This document shows positions 11,904-22,267 of a stretch of 64,000 bases of DNA, piece by piece; the stretch's first letter is position 1, and every line of letters begins with the position of its first letter. The position numbers and the translations under genes are program-made. Location: the NCBI GenBank assembly GCA_046052125.1, contig JBJOMY010000002.1, positions 384,001 through 448,000 of the forward strand. The letters are read 5' to 3'. Below the pieces are notes generated by a model. That model made no database searches. It was not told the origin of the DNA and was given only the letters and a program-made list of their open reading frames with translations. The stretch is from Cyanobacteriota bacterium. Lineage in GTDB: Bacteria; Cyanobacteriota; Cyanobacteriia; PCC-6307; Cyanobiaceae.

Positions 11904-14429
11904 TCACTCGTCGAGGTTGCAGGTGATCGTCACCGGGAAGCTCTCGGCTTTCCAGATGCGGCTGGCATACTCACGGATCGAGCGATCCGATGAGAAGAAG
12001 CCGGTGCGGGCGCTGTTGAGCAGCGACATCCGGTTCCAGGCGGTGCGATCGGCCCAGGCCTGGCTCACCTGCTGTTGCACGCGCAGGTAGTCGGCGAAAT
12101 CCGCCAGCACGAAGAAGGGATCGCGGCCGGTGAGGTTTTCCAGCAGCGGCCGGAACAGATCGCCATCGCCATTGCTGAAGTGGCCCTGTTCCACCAGCTT
12201 GAGCACTTCGCCGAGTTCTGGTTGCTGAGCGATCAGCTCCCAGGGGCGATAGCCCTCGGTGTGCAGATCGGCCACCTCGGTTTCGGTCATGCCGAACAGG
12301 AAGAAGTTGTCGGCTCCAACTTGCTCGCGGATCTCCACGTTGGCGCCATCGAGGGTGCCGATCGTGAGCGCACCGTTCATGGCGAATTTCATGTTGCCGG
12401 TGCCGGAGGCCTCCAGGCCGGCGGTGGAGATCTGCTCGGAAAGATCCGAGGCGGGGTACACCCGTTCACCCAGCTTCACGTTGTAATCCGGTAGGAACAC
12501 CACCCGCAGGCGGCCATCCATATCCGGATCGGCATTCACCGTTTCGGCAATGCCATTGAGGAAGCGGATGATCAGCTTGGCCATGTAATAGCCCGGTGCC
12601 GCCTTGCCGCCGAAGATCACCGTGCGTGGCGCCAAGCCATCGGCCTGGCCGTTTTTGATGCGCAGGTATTGGGCGATCACCTGCAGGGCGTTGAGGTGTT
12701 GGCGCTTGTATTCGTGGATGCGCTTCACCTGCACGTCGAATAGCGACGCTGGATCCACCAGCAGGCCGCTCTGGCGGTGGATGTAATTGGCGAGATGGCG
12801 TTTGCTGGCCAGCTTGGTTTGCTGCCAGCGCTCCAGGAAGGCGCTGTCGTGCTGGAACTGCTCCAGTTGCCGCAGCTGATCGAGATCCGCCACCCAGCCT
12901 TCGCCGATGCTTTCAGCCAGGAGCTGACGCAGGGCCGGGTTGGCCAAGGCCACCCAGCGCCGCGGCGTGACGCCATTGGTGACATTGGTGAACTTCTCTG
13001 GCCAGAGGGTGGCGAACTCTGGAAACAGCTTGGTGCGCACCAATTCGCTGTGCAGCGCCGCCACCCCGTTCACGTGGTGGGAGGCCACCGTGGCGAGGTT
13101 GGCCATGCGCACCGCCTTATTGCCTTCCTCGTCGATGATCGACACCTTGCGCAGCAGTGCCTCATTGCCGGGGTACTTGAGGCGCACCGTTTGCAGGAAG
13201 CGGCGGTTGATCTCGTAGATCAATTCCAGGTGGCGTGGCAGCAGCGAGCCGAACAGCGGCAGCCCCCACTTCTCGAGGGCTTCCGGGAGCAGGGTGTGGT
13301 TGGTGTAGGCCAGCGAGCGGCTGGTGATCTCCCAGGCCTCATCCCAATCGAGGTGTTTGTCGTCGATCAGCAGCCGCATCAGCTCGGCCACGGCGATCGC
13401 CGGGTGGGTGTCGTTCAGCTGCACCGCCCAGTGATCCGGGAATTCCCGTACGGGGATGCCACGCTGATCGAGGCTGCGCAGCATGTCTTGCAGGGAGCAG
13501 CTCACGAAGAAGTGCTGCTGCTTCAGGCGCAGGCGGCGGCCCTCATCGGTGCCGTCGTTGGGATACAGCACCTTGGAGAGGGTTTCGCTGCCCACCTTCT
13601 CTTCCACGGCGCCGTAGTAATCGCCGATGTTGAAGGCGTAGAAGTCGAAGCTCTCGCTCGCATCGGCCCGCCACAGCCGCAGCCGATCGCAGGTGTTCAC
13701 CCGGTAACCGAGCACCGGCACATCGTGGGGCACCCCGATGGCGTGCTCCTCCGGGATCCAGCGCACGCGGTATTGGCCGCGCTCATCGCGGTAGCTCTCG
13801 GTGCGGCCGCCGAAACCCACGAAGCAGGCCTGATCCGGATGGGGGATCTCCCAGGGCCAGCCGCCCTTGAGCCATTTATCGGTGATCTCCACCTGCCAAC
13901 CGTCGCGGATCAGCTGATCGAAGATGCCGAACTCGTAGCGGATTCCATAGCCGGTGGCCGGGATCTCCAGGCTCGCCAGCGATTCCATGAAGCAGGCCGC
14001 AAGGCGCCCGAGGCCGCCATTGCCCAGGCCTGGTTCTTCCTCAACTTCCAGGATCTCGTCGAGGCGTTCGATGCCGAAGCGCCGCAGGGCCTCTTCCGCG
14101 GCATCCTGAATACCCAGCATCAGCAGGTTGTTCCCCAGCTGCGGGCCGATCAGAAATTCAGCAGAGAGGTAGGCCACCACCCGGGTGGGCGTGGCGTTGA
14201 TTGCTTCGATGCCCGCCAGGTAGCGGGTCATCAGCCGGTCGCGCACGGCATGGCTCAGGGCCAGGTAGAGGTCGTGGCGGCTGGCGGTGGGGGCGAGTTT
14301 GCCGAGCGTGTAGAAGAGGTGCTCGGCCATGCCGTCGAACACGTCGTCGGCAGTCAGACCGCTGCGATCTGGATCGGCATAGCAACCGGGTGTGGGCAGT
14401 TGCAGCTGGCGGGGGTGTGGCTCGTGCAT
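11904..14429 (-). CDS. glgP: Glycogen/alpha-glucan phosphorylase
   Basis: GLGNGGLGRLAACF, QLNDTHP, KRIHEYKRQHLN and the EASGTGNMKF PLP site; the ATG at 14429 overlaps the xfp stop (TGATG). Confidence 0.97.
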   Translation of the reverse strand: MHEPHPRQLQLPTPGCYADPDRSGLTADDVFDGMAEHLFYTLGKLAPTASRHDLYLALSHAVRDRLMTRYLAGIEAINATPTRVVAYLSAEFLIGPQLGNNLLMLGIQDAAEEALRRFGIERLDEILEVEEEPGLGNGGLGRLAACFMESLASLEIPATGYGIRYEFGIFDQLIRDGWQVEITDKWLKGGWPWEIPHPDQACFVGFGGRTESYRDERGQYRVRWIPEEHAIGVPHDVPVLGYRVNTCDRLRLWRADASESFDFYAFNIGDYYGAVEEKVGSETLSKVLYPNDGTDEGRRLRLKQQHFFVSCSLQDMLRSLDQRGIPVREFPDHWAVQLNDTHPAIAVAELMRLLIDDKHLDWDEAWEITSRSLAYTNHTLLPEALEKWGLPLFGSLLPRHLELIYEINRRFLQTVRLKYPGNEALLRKVSIIDEEGNKAVRMANLATVASHHVNGVAALHSELVRTKLFPEFATLWPEKFTNVTNGVTPRRWVALANPALRQLLAESIGEGWVADLDQLRQLEQFQHDSAFLERWQQTKLASKRHLANYIHRQSGLLVDPASLFDVQVKRIHEYKRQHLNALQVIAQYLRIKNGQADGLAPRTVIFGGKAAPGYYMAKLIIRFLNGIAETVNADPDMDGRLRVVFLPDYNVKLGERVYPASDLSEQISTAGLEASGTGNMKFAMNGALTIGTLDGANVEIREQVGADNFFLFGMTETEVADLHTEGYRPWELIAQQPELGEVLKLVEQGHFSNGDGDLFRPLLENLTGRDPFFVLADFADYLRVQQQVSQAWADRTAWNRMSLLNSARTGFFSSDRSIREYASRIWKAESFPVTITCNLDE

Positions 14430-16852
14430 CAGATGGCCTCGCTGGAATCGGTGGCGGCCCATTGCCAGTCGGTGATGGTGGGGGCATCCATGCCGTGCTC
14501 ATGGGCGTAAGCGCGGTTGGCCAGGATCGCCTCCTTCATCTGCTCTTTCACGTGAGCGGCGCGTGACCCTAACCCTGGAACGCGGTCGATCACATCAATC
14601 ACCAGATTGAAGCGATCGATCTGGTTGTTCATCGCCAGCTCCAGGGGGGTGTTGATGTTGCCTTGCTCCTTGTAGCCACGAACATGGAAATTGCCGTGAT
14701 TGGTGCGGCGATAGGTGAGGCGATGAATCAGCCACGGGTAGCCGTGGAAGTTGAAGATCACCGGGCGATCGGTGGTGAACAGGCTGTCGAAATCCCGATC
14801 GCTCAGGCCGTGCGGGTGTTCGCTCGGCTGGGTGAGCGCGAACAGTTTCACCACATTCAGTACCCTGATCTTGAGGCTGGGGATTTCGCGGCGCAGGATC
14901 TGCACCGCTGCCAACGTTTCCTTGGTGGGGATGTCACCGGCGCAGGCCATCACCACATCCGGTTCATCGGGTTCGTGGCCGATGTGATCGTTGCTGGCCC
15001 AGCTCCAGAGGCCGATGCCTTTGGCCACGTGGGCGCGGGCCTGCTCGAGCGAGAGGTACTGCAGATGTTTCTGCTTATCGCTCACGATGATGTTGCACAC
15101 ATTCGGCTCCACCAGCGCCTGCTCGGCCACCGCCAGCAGCGAATTGGCATCGGCAGGCAGATACACGCGCACCACCTCGCCGCTCTTGTTGCCGGCCAGG
15201 TCGATGAAGCCGGGGTCCTGATGGGTGAAGCCGTTGTGGTCCTGGCGCCACACCGTTGAGGAAATCAGGCAGGTCCAGGGGCCGATCGGGGCGCGCCAGG
15301 GAGCGTGGTGCAGGCAGCTCTCCAGCCATTTGGCGTGCTGGTTGAACATCGAGGCGATCACATGGGCGAAGGCCTCGTAGGTGTGGAAAAAGCCGTAGCG
15401 GCCGGTGAGCAGGTAGCCCTCCATCATTCCCACCAGCGTGTGCTCGCTGAGCATCTCCACCACTCGGCCGCTGCGGGAGAGCTCGCTGCCGTTGAGGTCT
15501 TCCGGCAGTAGCTCTTCCATCCACACCTTTTTGCTCTGCTCGTAGATCGCCTGCAGGCGATTGGAGGCCGTTTCATCCGGGCCGAACACCCGCAGGGAAT
15601 CGGGGTTGAGGCCGATGGCATCGCGCAGCAGCTCCCCGAGCACCGCCGTGTTTTCGTGCTGCACGCGCCCGGGCTGGGTCACCGCCACGGCGTAGCGGCT
15701 GGTGGGCGGCAGTTGCAGCTTGCGGCGCAGCAGCCCGCCATTGGCGTGGGGGTTGGAGCCCATGCGGTGCTTGCCCTGCGGTGAAAGGGCCTGCAGCTCG
15801 AGCTTGAGCCTGCCGTGCTCATCAAAGAGCTCCCAGGGGCGGTAGCTCTTCAGCCAGCCCTCAAGCTGCTGCAGTTGCGCCGTGTCATGGCGGGGATCGG
15901 GCAGGGGCACCTGGTGGGCCCGCCAGAAGCCCTCCAGTTTTTTGCCCCCCAGCTCGGAGGGTCCCGTCCAGCCTTTGGGCGAACGCAGCACGATCATGGG
16001 CCAGTGGGGCCGCAGCGCCTCACCGCTGCGCCGGGCCTCGGCCTGGATGGCCTGGATGCGGCCCACGGCCTGCTCCATCGCAGCCGCCATCGCCGCGTGC
16101 ATGGCCAGTGGCTCGCTGCCCTCCACAAACAGCGGCTCCCAGCCATAGCCCCGCATCAGGCTGGCCAGTTCCTCCCGGGGGATGCGCGCCAGCAGGGTGG
16201 GGTTGGCGATCTTGTACCCATTGAGGTGCAGCACCGGCAACACGGCGCCGTCGCTGATCGGGTTGAGGAATTTGTTGATGTGCCAGCTGGTGGCCAGCGG
16301 GCCGGTTTCCGCTTCTCCATCGCCCACGCAGGCCAGGGCGATCAGTTCCGGGTTGTCGAACACCGCGCCGCAGGCGTGGGAGAGCACGTAGCCCAGCTCG
16401 CCGCCTTCGTGGATCGAGCCGGGGGTTTCCGGGGTGCAGTGGCTGCCGATGTGGCCGGGGAAGGAGAACTGCTTGAAGAAACGCCGCATCCCCTCGGCGT
16501 CCTCGGATTTATCGGGATAGATCTCCGAATAGGAGCCATCGAGATAGGTGGGACCCAGTACACCGGGTGCCCCGTGCCCTGGCCCCGACAGATAAATCAT
16601 GTCGAGGTTGCGCTCCCGGATCAGCCGGTTGGCGTGGGCCCAGATGAAGGCCTGGCCCGGGCTTGAGCCCCAGTGACCCAGTAGGCGGTTCTTGATGTGC
16701 TCGGGCCGCAGCGGCTCGCTGAGCAGTGGGTTGTCCTGCAGGTAGATCATGCCCACCGCCAGGTAGTTGGCAGCTCGCCACCACGCATCGATCTGGTTGA
16801 GCTGCTCGGGCGCCAGGGGGCTGCTGATGGCGCTGGCTTGGCTCACCGACAT
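14429..16852 (-). CDS. xfp: Xylulose-5-P/fructose-6-P phosphoketolase
   Basis: [39 protein letters not shown] and [13 protein letters not shown] motifs; start set at MSVSQ (16852). Confidence 0.96.
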   Translation of the reverse strand: MSVSQASAISSPLAPEQLNQIDAWWRAANYLAVGMIYLQDNPLLSEPLRPEHIKNRLLGHWGSSPGQAFIWAHANRLIRERNLDMIYLSGPGHGAPGVLGPTYLDGSYSEIYPDKSEDAEGMRRFFKQFSFPGHIGSHCTPETPGSIHEGGELGYVLSHACGAVFDNPELIALACVGDGEAETGPLATSWHINKFLNPISDGAVLPVLHLNGYKIANPTLLARIPREELASLMRGYGWEPLFVEGSEPLAMHAAMAAAMEQAVGRIQAIQAEARRSGEALRPHWPMIVLRSPKGWTGPSELGGKKLEGFWRAHQVPLPDPRHDTAQLQQLEGWLKSYRPWELFDEHGRLKLELQALSPQGKHRMGSNPHANGGLLRRKLQLPPTSRYAVAVTQPGRVQHENTAVLGELLRDAIGLNPDSLRVFGPDETASNRLQAIYEQSKKVWMEELLPEDLNGSELSRSGRVVEMLSEHTLVGMMEGYLLTGRYGFFHTYEAFAHVIASMFNQHAKWLESCLHHAPWRAPIGPWTCLISSTVWRQDHNGFTHQDPGFIDLAGNKSGEVVRVYLPADANSLLAVAEQALVEPNVCNIIVSDKQKHLQYLSLEQARAHVAKGIGLWSWASNDHIGHEPDEPDVVMACAGDIPTKETLAAVQILRREIPSLKIRVLNVVKLFALTQPSEHPHGLSDRDFDSLFTTDRPVIFNFHGYPWLIHRLTYRRTNHGNFHVRGYKEQGNINTPLELAMNNQIDRFNLVIDVIDRVPGLGSRAAHVKEQMKEAILANRAYAHEHGMDAPTITDWQWAATDSSEAI

Positions 16853-16882
16853 GGCGTGGACACCTTCAAGCTCAGCTCGGAA

Positions 16883-16898
16883 CGTAGCCGTGGTCACA
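16883..16898 (-). promoter_or_regulatory. Possible NtcA/Crp-family binding site between xfp and the antiporter
   Basis: The minus strand reads TGTGA-CCACGG-CTACG, i.e. GTG-N8-TAC with a perfect TGTGA half-site. Confidence 0.3.
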
Positions 16899-16949
16899 GG
16901 CCATGACCCTGTGGGGCGAGACTCTCGTGCGGAATTGCCCACGTCTTTG

Positions 16950-18287
16950 ATGCCCGAGATCGGCGCGCACCAGCTGGAGGTGGCGGAAACCCTGATCGGG
17001 GTGGGGCGTTTCCTGGTGATCTTCGTGGCGGCTCGGCTGTTGGCGGAGCTGCTGGTGCGCCTGCAGCTGCCCACGATCCTGGGCGAGCTGATCGCCGGCG
17101 TGATCATCGGCGCCAGTGGCCTGCATCTGATCGTGCCGCCGGAAACCCAGGCGGCGCTGAGCCAGGGGCTGGTGCAGCTGGTGGGCTCGCTGGCGGATGT
17201 GCCGCCGGATGTGGTGAGCCACCTCTATGCCGAGAGCTTCCCTTCCCTGCAGGCGGTGGCCACCCTCGGCCTGTTCGCCTTGCTGTTCCTCACGGGCCTA
17301 GAGAGCGATCTCGATGAACTGGTGGCGGTGGGCGGCCAGGCCACCACGGTGGCCGTGGCCGGTGTGGCGTTGCCCTTCGCTTTGGGCACCGCTGGCCTGA
17401 TGGCCTTCTTCCACGTGGATGTAATCCCGGCGGTGTTCGCTGGGGCCTCGATGACGGCCACGAGCATCGGCATCACCGCCAGCGTGTTCGGTGAGCTGAA
17501 GATGCTCCGCTCACGCGAGGGCCAGATCGTGCTCGGCGCCGCCGTGCTCGACGACATCCTCGGCATCGTGATCCTGGCGGTGGTGGTGAGCATTGCCGGC
17601 GGCGGCAACCTGGAAATCGGCCCGATCCTCAAACTGGTGGCCGCTGCTGTGGTGTTTGTGGTGGCGGCTATCGGCCTCAGCCGCACCGCAGCGCCGGGCT
17701 TCGACTGGGTGATTGATCGCCTCAAGGCCCCGGGGGATGTGGCCGTGGCCTCCTTTGTGGTGCTCACCCTCTGCTGCTTCGCCGCCACCGCCATCGGTCT
17801 GGAGGCTGCCCTGGGTGCCTTCGCAGCCGGCTTGATTCTCAGCAAGTCGAACCACAGCCATGCGATTGAGGCGGCGGTGAAGCCGGTGGTGGCTCTCTTC
17901 GCCACGATCTTTTTTGTGTTGATCGGCACCGGCATGGATCTTTCGGTGCTCAACCCGCTGGATCCCGCCAATCGCCCCGGCCTGGTGGTGGCCGCATTTC
18001 TGTTGGTGGTGGCGATCGGCGGCAAGGTGGCCGCGGGTTGGTGTTTCCTCTCCAAGCAACCCACCCAGCGGTTGGTGGTGGGTCTGGGGATGATGCCCCG
18101 CGGCGAGGTGGGCCTGATCTTCCTGGGACTCGGCACCCAGGCCAAGCTGCTCAGCCCGGCCCTTGAGGCCGCCATCCTGTTGATGGTGATCGGCACCACC
18201 TTCCTGGCGCCGGTGCTGCTCAGACTGGTGCTGGCTGGCAAGAGCGATGGACCCGACCTCGACCCCCTCGCCGAAATCCCCACTTGA
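16950..18287 (+). CDS. CPA2 cation/proton (Na+/H+) antiporter, NhaS3-like
   Basis: [40 protein letters not shown] and [12 protein letters not shown] motifs; start uncertain (16935 or 16950). Confidence 0.92.
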   Translation: MPEIGAHQLEVAETLIGVGRFLVIFVAARLLAELLVRLQLPTILGELIAGVIIGASGLHLIVPPETQAALSQGLVQLVGSLADVPPDVVSHLYAESFPSLQAVATLGLFALLFLTGLESDLDELVAVGGQATTVAVAGVALPFALGTAGLMAFFHVDVIPAVFAGASMTATSIGITASVFGELKMLRSREGQIVLGAAVLDDILGIVILAVVVSIAGGGNLEIGPILKLVAAAVVFVVAAIGLSRTAAPGFDWVIDRLKAPGDVAVASFVVLTLCCFAATAIGLEAALGAFAAGLILSKSNHSHAIEAAVKPVVALFATIFFVLIGTGMDLSVLNPLDPANRPGLVVAAFLLVVAIGGKVAAGWCFLSKQPTQRLVVGLGMMPRGEVGLIFLGLGTQAKLLSPALEAAILLMVIGTTFLAPVLLRLVLAGKSDGPDLDPLAEIPT

Positions 18288-18798
18288 GGGTTGGCAGTTC
18301 AGCTGGGCCGGCTGGCTCGACAACCGCCACGGCGAGTGGTGGCTGCTTGCCCAGCTGGTGCTGATTGCTGCGCATCTTCTGCCGCCCTGGCCGGCTCCGG
18401 GCAGTTGGGGCTTTGCCTGGCCGCTGCCGATAGCACTGCTTGGCGTTGTGCTGTTTGTGGTGGGCTTGGCGTTGGCGGCCCAAGCGTTCTGGCGGCTGGG
18501 CGTGAATCTCACGCCGCTCCCGGATCCCAAGCCTGGTGCCGCCTTGGTGACGCGAGGTGCCTATGCCCGCTGCCGCCACCCCCTTTATCAGGCGGTGTTG
18601 CTCTGCTCCCTGGGGGTGGTGCTTGCCCTCGGAAGCCTGCTGCATCTGGCCCTGTTGCTGGGCCTGTGCGCGGTGCTCGGCGGGAAGGCCCGGCGGGAAG
18701 AGCGGATGTTGCTGCAGGTGCACCCCGACTACGCCGCCTACCAAAGCGCCGTGCCCGCAATCATTCCCGGGCTGCCCTGGCTGGATTGGCGCCGCTGA
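18247..18798 (+). CDS. Isoprenylcysteine carboxyl methyltransferase/PEMT-family membrane protein
   Basis: LVTRGAYARCRHPLY and EERML...YAAYQSAVP match the ICMT/PEMT pattern. Confidence 0.85.
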   Translation: MDPTSTPSPKSPLEGWQFSWAGWLDNRHGEWWLLAQLVLIAAHLLPPWPAPGSWGFAWPLPIALLGVVLFVVGLALAAQAFWRLGVNLTPLPDPKPGAALVTRGAYARCRHPLYQAVLLCSLGVVLALGSLLHLALLLGLCAVLGGKARREERMLLQVHPDYAAYQSAVPAIIPGLPWLDWRR

Positions 18799-18830
18799 AT
18801 TTCTGAGGCGCTCGGGGCTTCGGGCCGGCT

Positions 18831-19139
18831 CTACTCGTTGCGGCTGGCCGCTAAGCCCCAGAACAAGCCATAGAGCGCGGCCATCAGCCCCAGGCTGGTG
18901 CCCCAGCCGGGACCCAAAGTCCAGCCCAGCACCAGGTTGATCACCACGCCGGCTCCGAGGGCCAGCAGCAGGCTGCTCACCACCAGGGCCACCAGCTGGC
19001 TGTCTTCATCGAGCGGCCCGGCGGCGAGGGCCTCTTCGAGGCGGGCGAGCGGAGCGCTCAGCGGCAGATACACCGCCAGGGCCCATAGGGCGCTGCCGGG
19101 GAGCAGCAGGGCCCAGCTCTCGGGGATCCAATCGGGCAC
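18831..19139 (-). CDS. Small hypothetical membrane protein
   Basis: Three hydrophobic helices (LPGSALWALAVYLPL; LLLALGAGVVI; LGPGWGTSLGL); start uncertain (19139 or 19172). Confidence 0.65.
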   Translation of the reverse strand: MPDWIPESWALLLPGSALWALAVYLPLSAPLARLEEALAAGPLDEDSQLVALVVSSLLLALGAGVVINLVLGWTLGPGWGTSLGLMAALYGLFWGLAASRNE

Positions 19140-19190
19140 GAGGGCGGGAGGCGGTGTGGATCTCCCTAGCATCGGCCACCCACCCTTCAG

Positions 19191-20075
19191 TTGCCGGTGA
19201 CCGTTGCAGCGGGATGGACCTTCGAAGGCCATCCGATCCATTGCCTCAGCCGCCAGCCCGACAGCGTGGCGGCGGGTCCGGCAATCCTGCTGGTGCACGG
19301 CTTCGGCGCCTCCACCAACCACTGGCGCTTCAACATCCCAGCGCTGGCTGAGCACTATGAAGTGCATGCGTTGGATCTACTGGGTTTTGGTCGCAGTGCC
19401 AAACCGGAAGGCCCCCGCTACGGCGGCGCCCTCTGGCGCGATCAGCTGGTGGCCTACGTGAAGGAGCGCATCGGCCGTCCCACGGTGTTGGTGGGTAACT
19501 CGTTGGGGGGCTATGCCGCCCTGGCGGCCGGAGCTGCCCTGGGAGATCAGTGCGCCGGGGTGGCCTTGCTGAATGCGGCTGGTCCGTTTTCTGATGAGCA
19601 GGGTGAACCCAAGGGCTGGGGCGCGATCGCCCGCCGCACCATCGGCAGCGCCCTGCTCAAGAGCCCGTTGCTGCAGCGGCTGCTGTTTGAAAACATGCGC
19701 CGCCCCGCGAATGTGCGCCGCACCCTCAAGCAGGTGTACATCGACAGCACCAACGTGGATGACGAGCTGGTGGAGTCGATCCTGCGGCCCAGCCGCGATC
19801 CCGGAGCCTTCGGGGTGTTTCGCACCGTGTTCGACATTCCCCGCGGCCAGCCCCTTGATGAACTGTTCGCCGAGCTGCAGGCGCCGCTGCTCTTGCTGTG
19901 GGGCATCCGCGATCCCTGGATCAACGCGGCCGGCCGCCGCGGCGCCTTTCAGCGTCACGCTCCCGCCAACACCACCGAGGTGGTGCTCCAGGCCGGCCAT
20001 TGCCCCCACGATGAGGTGCCGGATCAGGTGAACCGGGCCATGTTGGAGTGGCTCGCCGGCCTGCCGGCGCGATGA
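19191..20075 (+). CDS. Alpha/beta-fold hydrolase
   Basis: LLVHGFGAS, DLLGFGRS, GNSLGG nucleophile elbow, WGxxDPW and GHCPHDE. Confidence 0.93.
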   Translation: MPVTVAAGWTFEGHPIHCLSRQPDSVAAGPAILLVHGFGASTNHWRFNIPALAEHYEVHALDLLGFGRSAKPEGPRYGGALWRDQLVAYVKERIGRPTVLVGNSLGGYAALAAGAALGDQCAGVALLNAAGPFSDEQGEPKGWGAIARRTIGSALLKSPLLQRLLFENMRRPANVRRTLKQVYIDSTNVDDELVESILRPSRDPGAFGVFRTVFDIPRGQPLDELFAELQAPLLLLWGIRDPWINAAGRRGAFQRHAPANTTEVVLQAGHCPHDEVPDQVNRAMLEWLAGLPAR

Positions 20076-20788
20076 CCGAGCCGCCCGGGGCGTTGCTCTA
20101 CCGGCCCGTGCTCTGCCTGCCGAAAACCGGCAGCACTAGCCTCACACTCTGGCTGCGGAGCCAAGGAGACCCGGCACGGCACGAATGGCAGGTCCAGGAG
20201 CTCCTGCACCTAGGAGCCCTGTCCCATCGCCCTGATTTTCCAGAGCGCCGGCAGGCGTGGTTGCTTCAACGGGTCCGCGGGCTGGAGGGTGCCTGGGACG
20301 TCACCACCTCCCTCTATGCCGTGCTCTGGGATCTCTCCGCCTCCGGCGTTCCCGGGTTGCGGATCCAGCCTCGTTGGCTCTGCCGCTCCCCCGGCCCCTG
20401 GCTGGCGAGCAGCGTGGCTTGGAGCCTTCGCTTTGCTGCTGACCCCTTCCGCCGCCGCTGGTTGGGCTTGCATCGCGGGTTCGTGTTTCGTAGGGATCCG
20501 GCCCTGGCGGCCTTGATGCCCGCCAATCCCAGCAGCCCGCAGCAGTTGAGCGCCTACTGGCTACCCGTCTGGCTGACGTTTCAAACCCTGGTGCAGGAGC
20601 GGCAGCAGTCTTATCAGCTGACCGAGCGGCTGCCGGCCCGCCATCACGCCAATGCCAGCCCACCCGGCTCCATGAGGCTGCCGCCATGGCCTGAGCTGCC
20701 ACGCCTCAGCGGCTGTTTCCAGACCGATGGCCCCTGCCTGGAGGCTGTGAGGCGCTGCTGTCTTCAGCTGGGCCGGATCACGGGGTGA
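20072..20788 (+). CDS. Putative sulfotransferase-fold protein (divergent)
   Basis: LPKTGSTSL (5'-PSB-like loop), a following HE, and RSPGPWLAS (3'-PB-like RxPxxWxxS); ATGA overlap with the hydrolase. Confidence 0.55.
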   Translation: MTEPPGALLYRPVLCLPKTGSTSLTLWLRSQGDPARHEWQVQELLHLGALSHRPDFPERRQAWLLQRVRGLEGAWDVTTSLYAVLWDLSASGVPGLRIQPRWLCRSPGPWLASSVAWSLRFAADPFRRRWLGLHRGFVFRRDPALAALMPANPSSPQQLSAYWLPVWLTFQTLVQERQQSYQLTERLPARHHANASPPGSMRLPPWPELPRLSGCFQTDGPCLEAVRRCCLQLGRITG

Positions 20789-21555
20789 GCCTCCCCCTGA
20801 AGTGGATCCCCAGGCGCCAGTTGCGGGAAGTAGATCTCGCGGATGCGGCGCCGCAGCGTGGCGCCTCGAGCTGGATTGAAGCCGATGGGGTCGGGATTGA
20901 GCCTGGCCCCGTCTGGAATGAAGCAGGCCGCCAGGGCCAGTCGGGGCTCCGCCATCCGGTTGGGCAGGCCGCAGTGCCACACCACGCCGTTGTGCAGATC
21001 CACATCCCCCGGCTGGAAAGCGCTGGTGCTCGTCATCGGCATGCCGCTTCGCAAGAGCAGCGGCTTCAGTTCGTTCTCGTCGTTCAGGCAGCCCTGCTGG
21101 GGCTCCAGACGAGCCGTGCCTTCCGCGTAATAGAGGCCGCTGCTGTCCTGCACCGGTGTGAACGGGATCCAGCAGGTGAGGATCGGCGCATCGCTGGGGA
21201 TCACGTCCTTGTCGCGATGCCAGCTGGTCATGGCAGCGCCGGGTTGCTTGCGCAGCACGCCGAAGTGCAGCGGGCGCAGGGCCTGCCAGCCCGTGGCCCT
21301 CGCCACGAGCTGGGGTAGTTCACCGCTGGTGAGCAGTGCCCAGATGGCGGGGTGCTTCGGGCTCAGTCGCCATTCGCATCCGTGGGGATCCGCACCGGTG
21401 CGCTGCAGTTGGGCCGCGTTGCCGCTGCTGCTCAGCTGTTGCTGCCAGAGCTCCTCTGCTTCCTGACGCACAGCGGCGAGCCGCTCGGCCGGCCATAGCC
21501 CATCGCAGCGCCCATGGCCGCTCTGCTCCAGCTGCCGCTGCAGGTCAGTCGGCAT
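20764..21555 (-). CDS. Phytanoyl-CoA dioxygenase (PhyH)-family Fe(II)/2OG oxygenase
   Basis: KQPG...TSWHRD (HxD), LTCWIP, PGDVDLH...WH...N...R (distal His and 2OG-binding Arg). Confidence 0.85.
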   Translation of the reverse strand: MPTDLQRQLEQSGHGRCDGLWPAERLAAVRQEAEELWQQQLSSSGNAAQLQRTGADPHGCEWRLSPKHPAIWALLTSGELPQLVARATGWQALRPLHFGVLRKQPGAAMTSWHRDKDVIPSDAPILTCWIPFTPVQDSSGLYYAEGTARLEPQQGCLNDENELKPLLLRSGMPMTSTSAFQPGDVDLHNGVVWHCGLPNRMAEPRLALAACFIPDGARLNPDPIGFNPARGATLRRRIREIYFPQLAPGDPLQGEAHPVIRPS

Positions 21556-22267
21556 TGCGCTGCAGCGTGTCGAGATTCCACTGCCGCACCTGGTTGATCA
21601 GTGGCGCCATGGCGCCGCCGCCTGCCTTGGCGATGGGGTTGAGCACCAGCGGGGCCGTGAGGTAGTTCACGATCAGTGCCTGCCGCTCGCTGGGTGCCGC
21701 CATGGCCAGGGAGCCATGCAGGGTCCAGAGCTGGTGCAGGGTTGCATCCCCCAGAGACAGCGGTGCCGCGACAACGGCGGTGGTGTGGGGTTCGACGCCA
21801 TCCGGCCAGCGGTCGCTCGTGAGTGGTTGTTCGATCAGGCAGAACCGCTGGGTGCCGGCGAAGAACACCAGCGGAGCGTTGTCGCCGTCAATCGGATGCA
21901 GCGGCACCCAGAGGGTGAAGGCCTGCAAGCTGTCGCTGGGGATGAACCGGCCGTCCTGGTGCCAGGCCGTGCCGTTGCAGCCAGGGGTTTTGCAGTAGAG
22001 CGTGGTGCCCAGCAGCTGGATCTGGCTGCTGCTGCGGCCCACATGCCGAGCCAGCCGAGCCAGCAGGGTGGGATGGGTGAAGATCTCGTGCAGGGCCGGG
22101 ATCTCGCGGTGCAGGAACCAGAGGGTTTCGGTTTGCGCCTGTTTCCGCTGCATGTAGGCCTGCATGGCCTCTCGCTGCGCCAGCAGCTGGTTGATCGCCT
22201 GGGGGCTGAGGGCCCCAGGCAGATGGCAGAAGCCATCGCGTTGCAGCTGGGCCTCAGACAGGTGCAT
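21545..22267 (-). CDS. PhyH-family Fe(II)/2OG oxygenase
   Basis: RDGFCHLPG, KTPG...TAWHQD, TLWVPL, GDATLH...LHGS...R motifs. Confidence 0.87.
   Translation of the reverse strand: MHLSEAQLQRDGFCHLPGALSPQAINQLLAQREAMQAYMQRKQAQTETLWFLHREIPALHEIFTHPTLLARLARHVGRSSSQIQLLGTTLYCKTPGCNGTAWHQDGRFIPSDSLQAFTLWVPLHPIDGDNAPLVFFAGTQRFCLIEQPLTSDRWPDGVEPHTTAVVAAPLSLGDATLHQLWTLHGSLAMAAPSERQALIVNYLTAPLVLNPIAKAGGGAMAPLINQVRQWNLDTLQRNAD

Noticed and set aside
14429..17107. Over-long ORF-track starts for xfp, the antiporter, rimM, the Wzy_C gene, kdsD, hisS and rubA implying large gene overlaps
   Set aside because: Artefacts of longest-ORF calling; downstream starts match the family N-termini and remove the overlaps.
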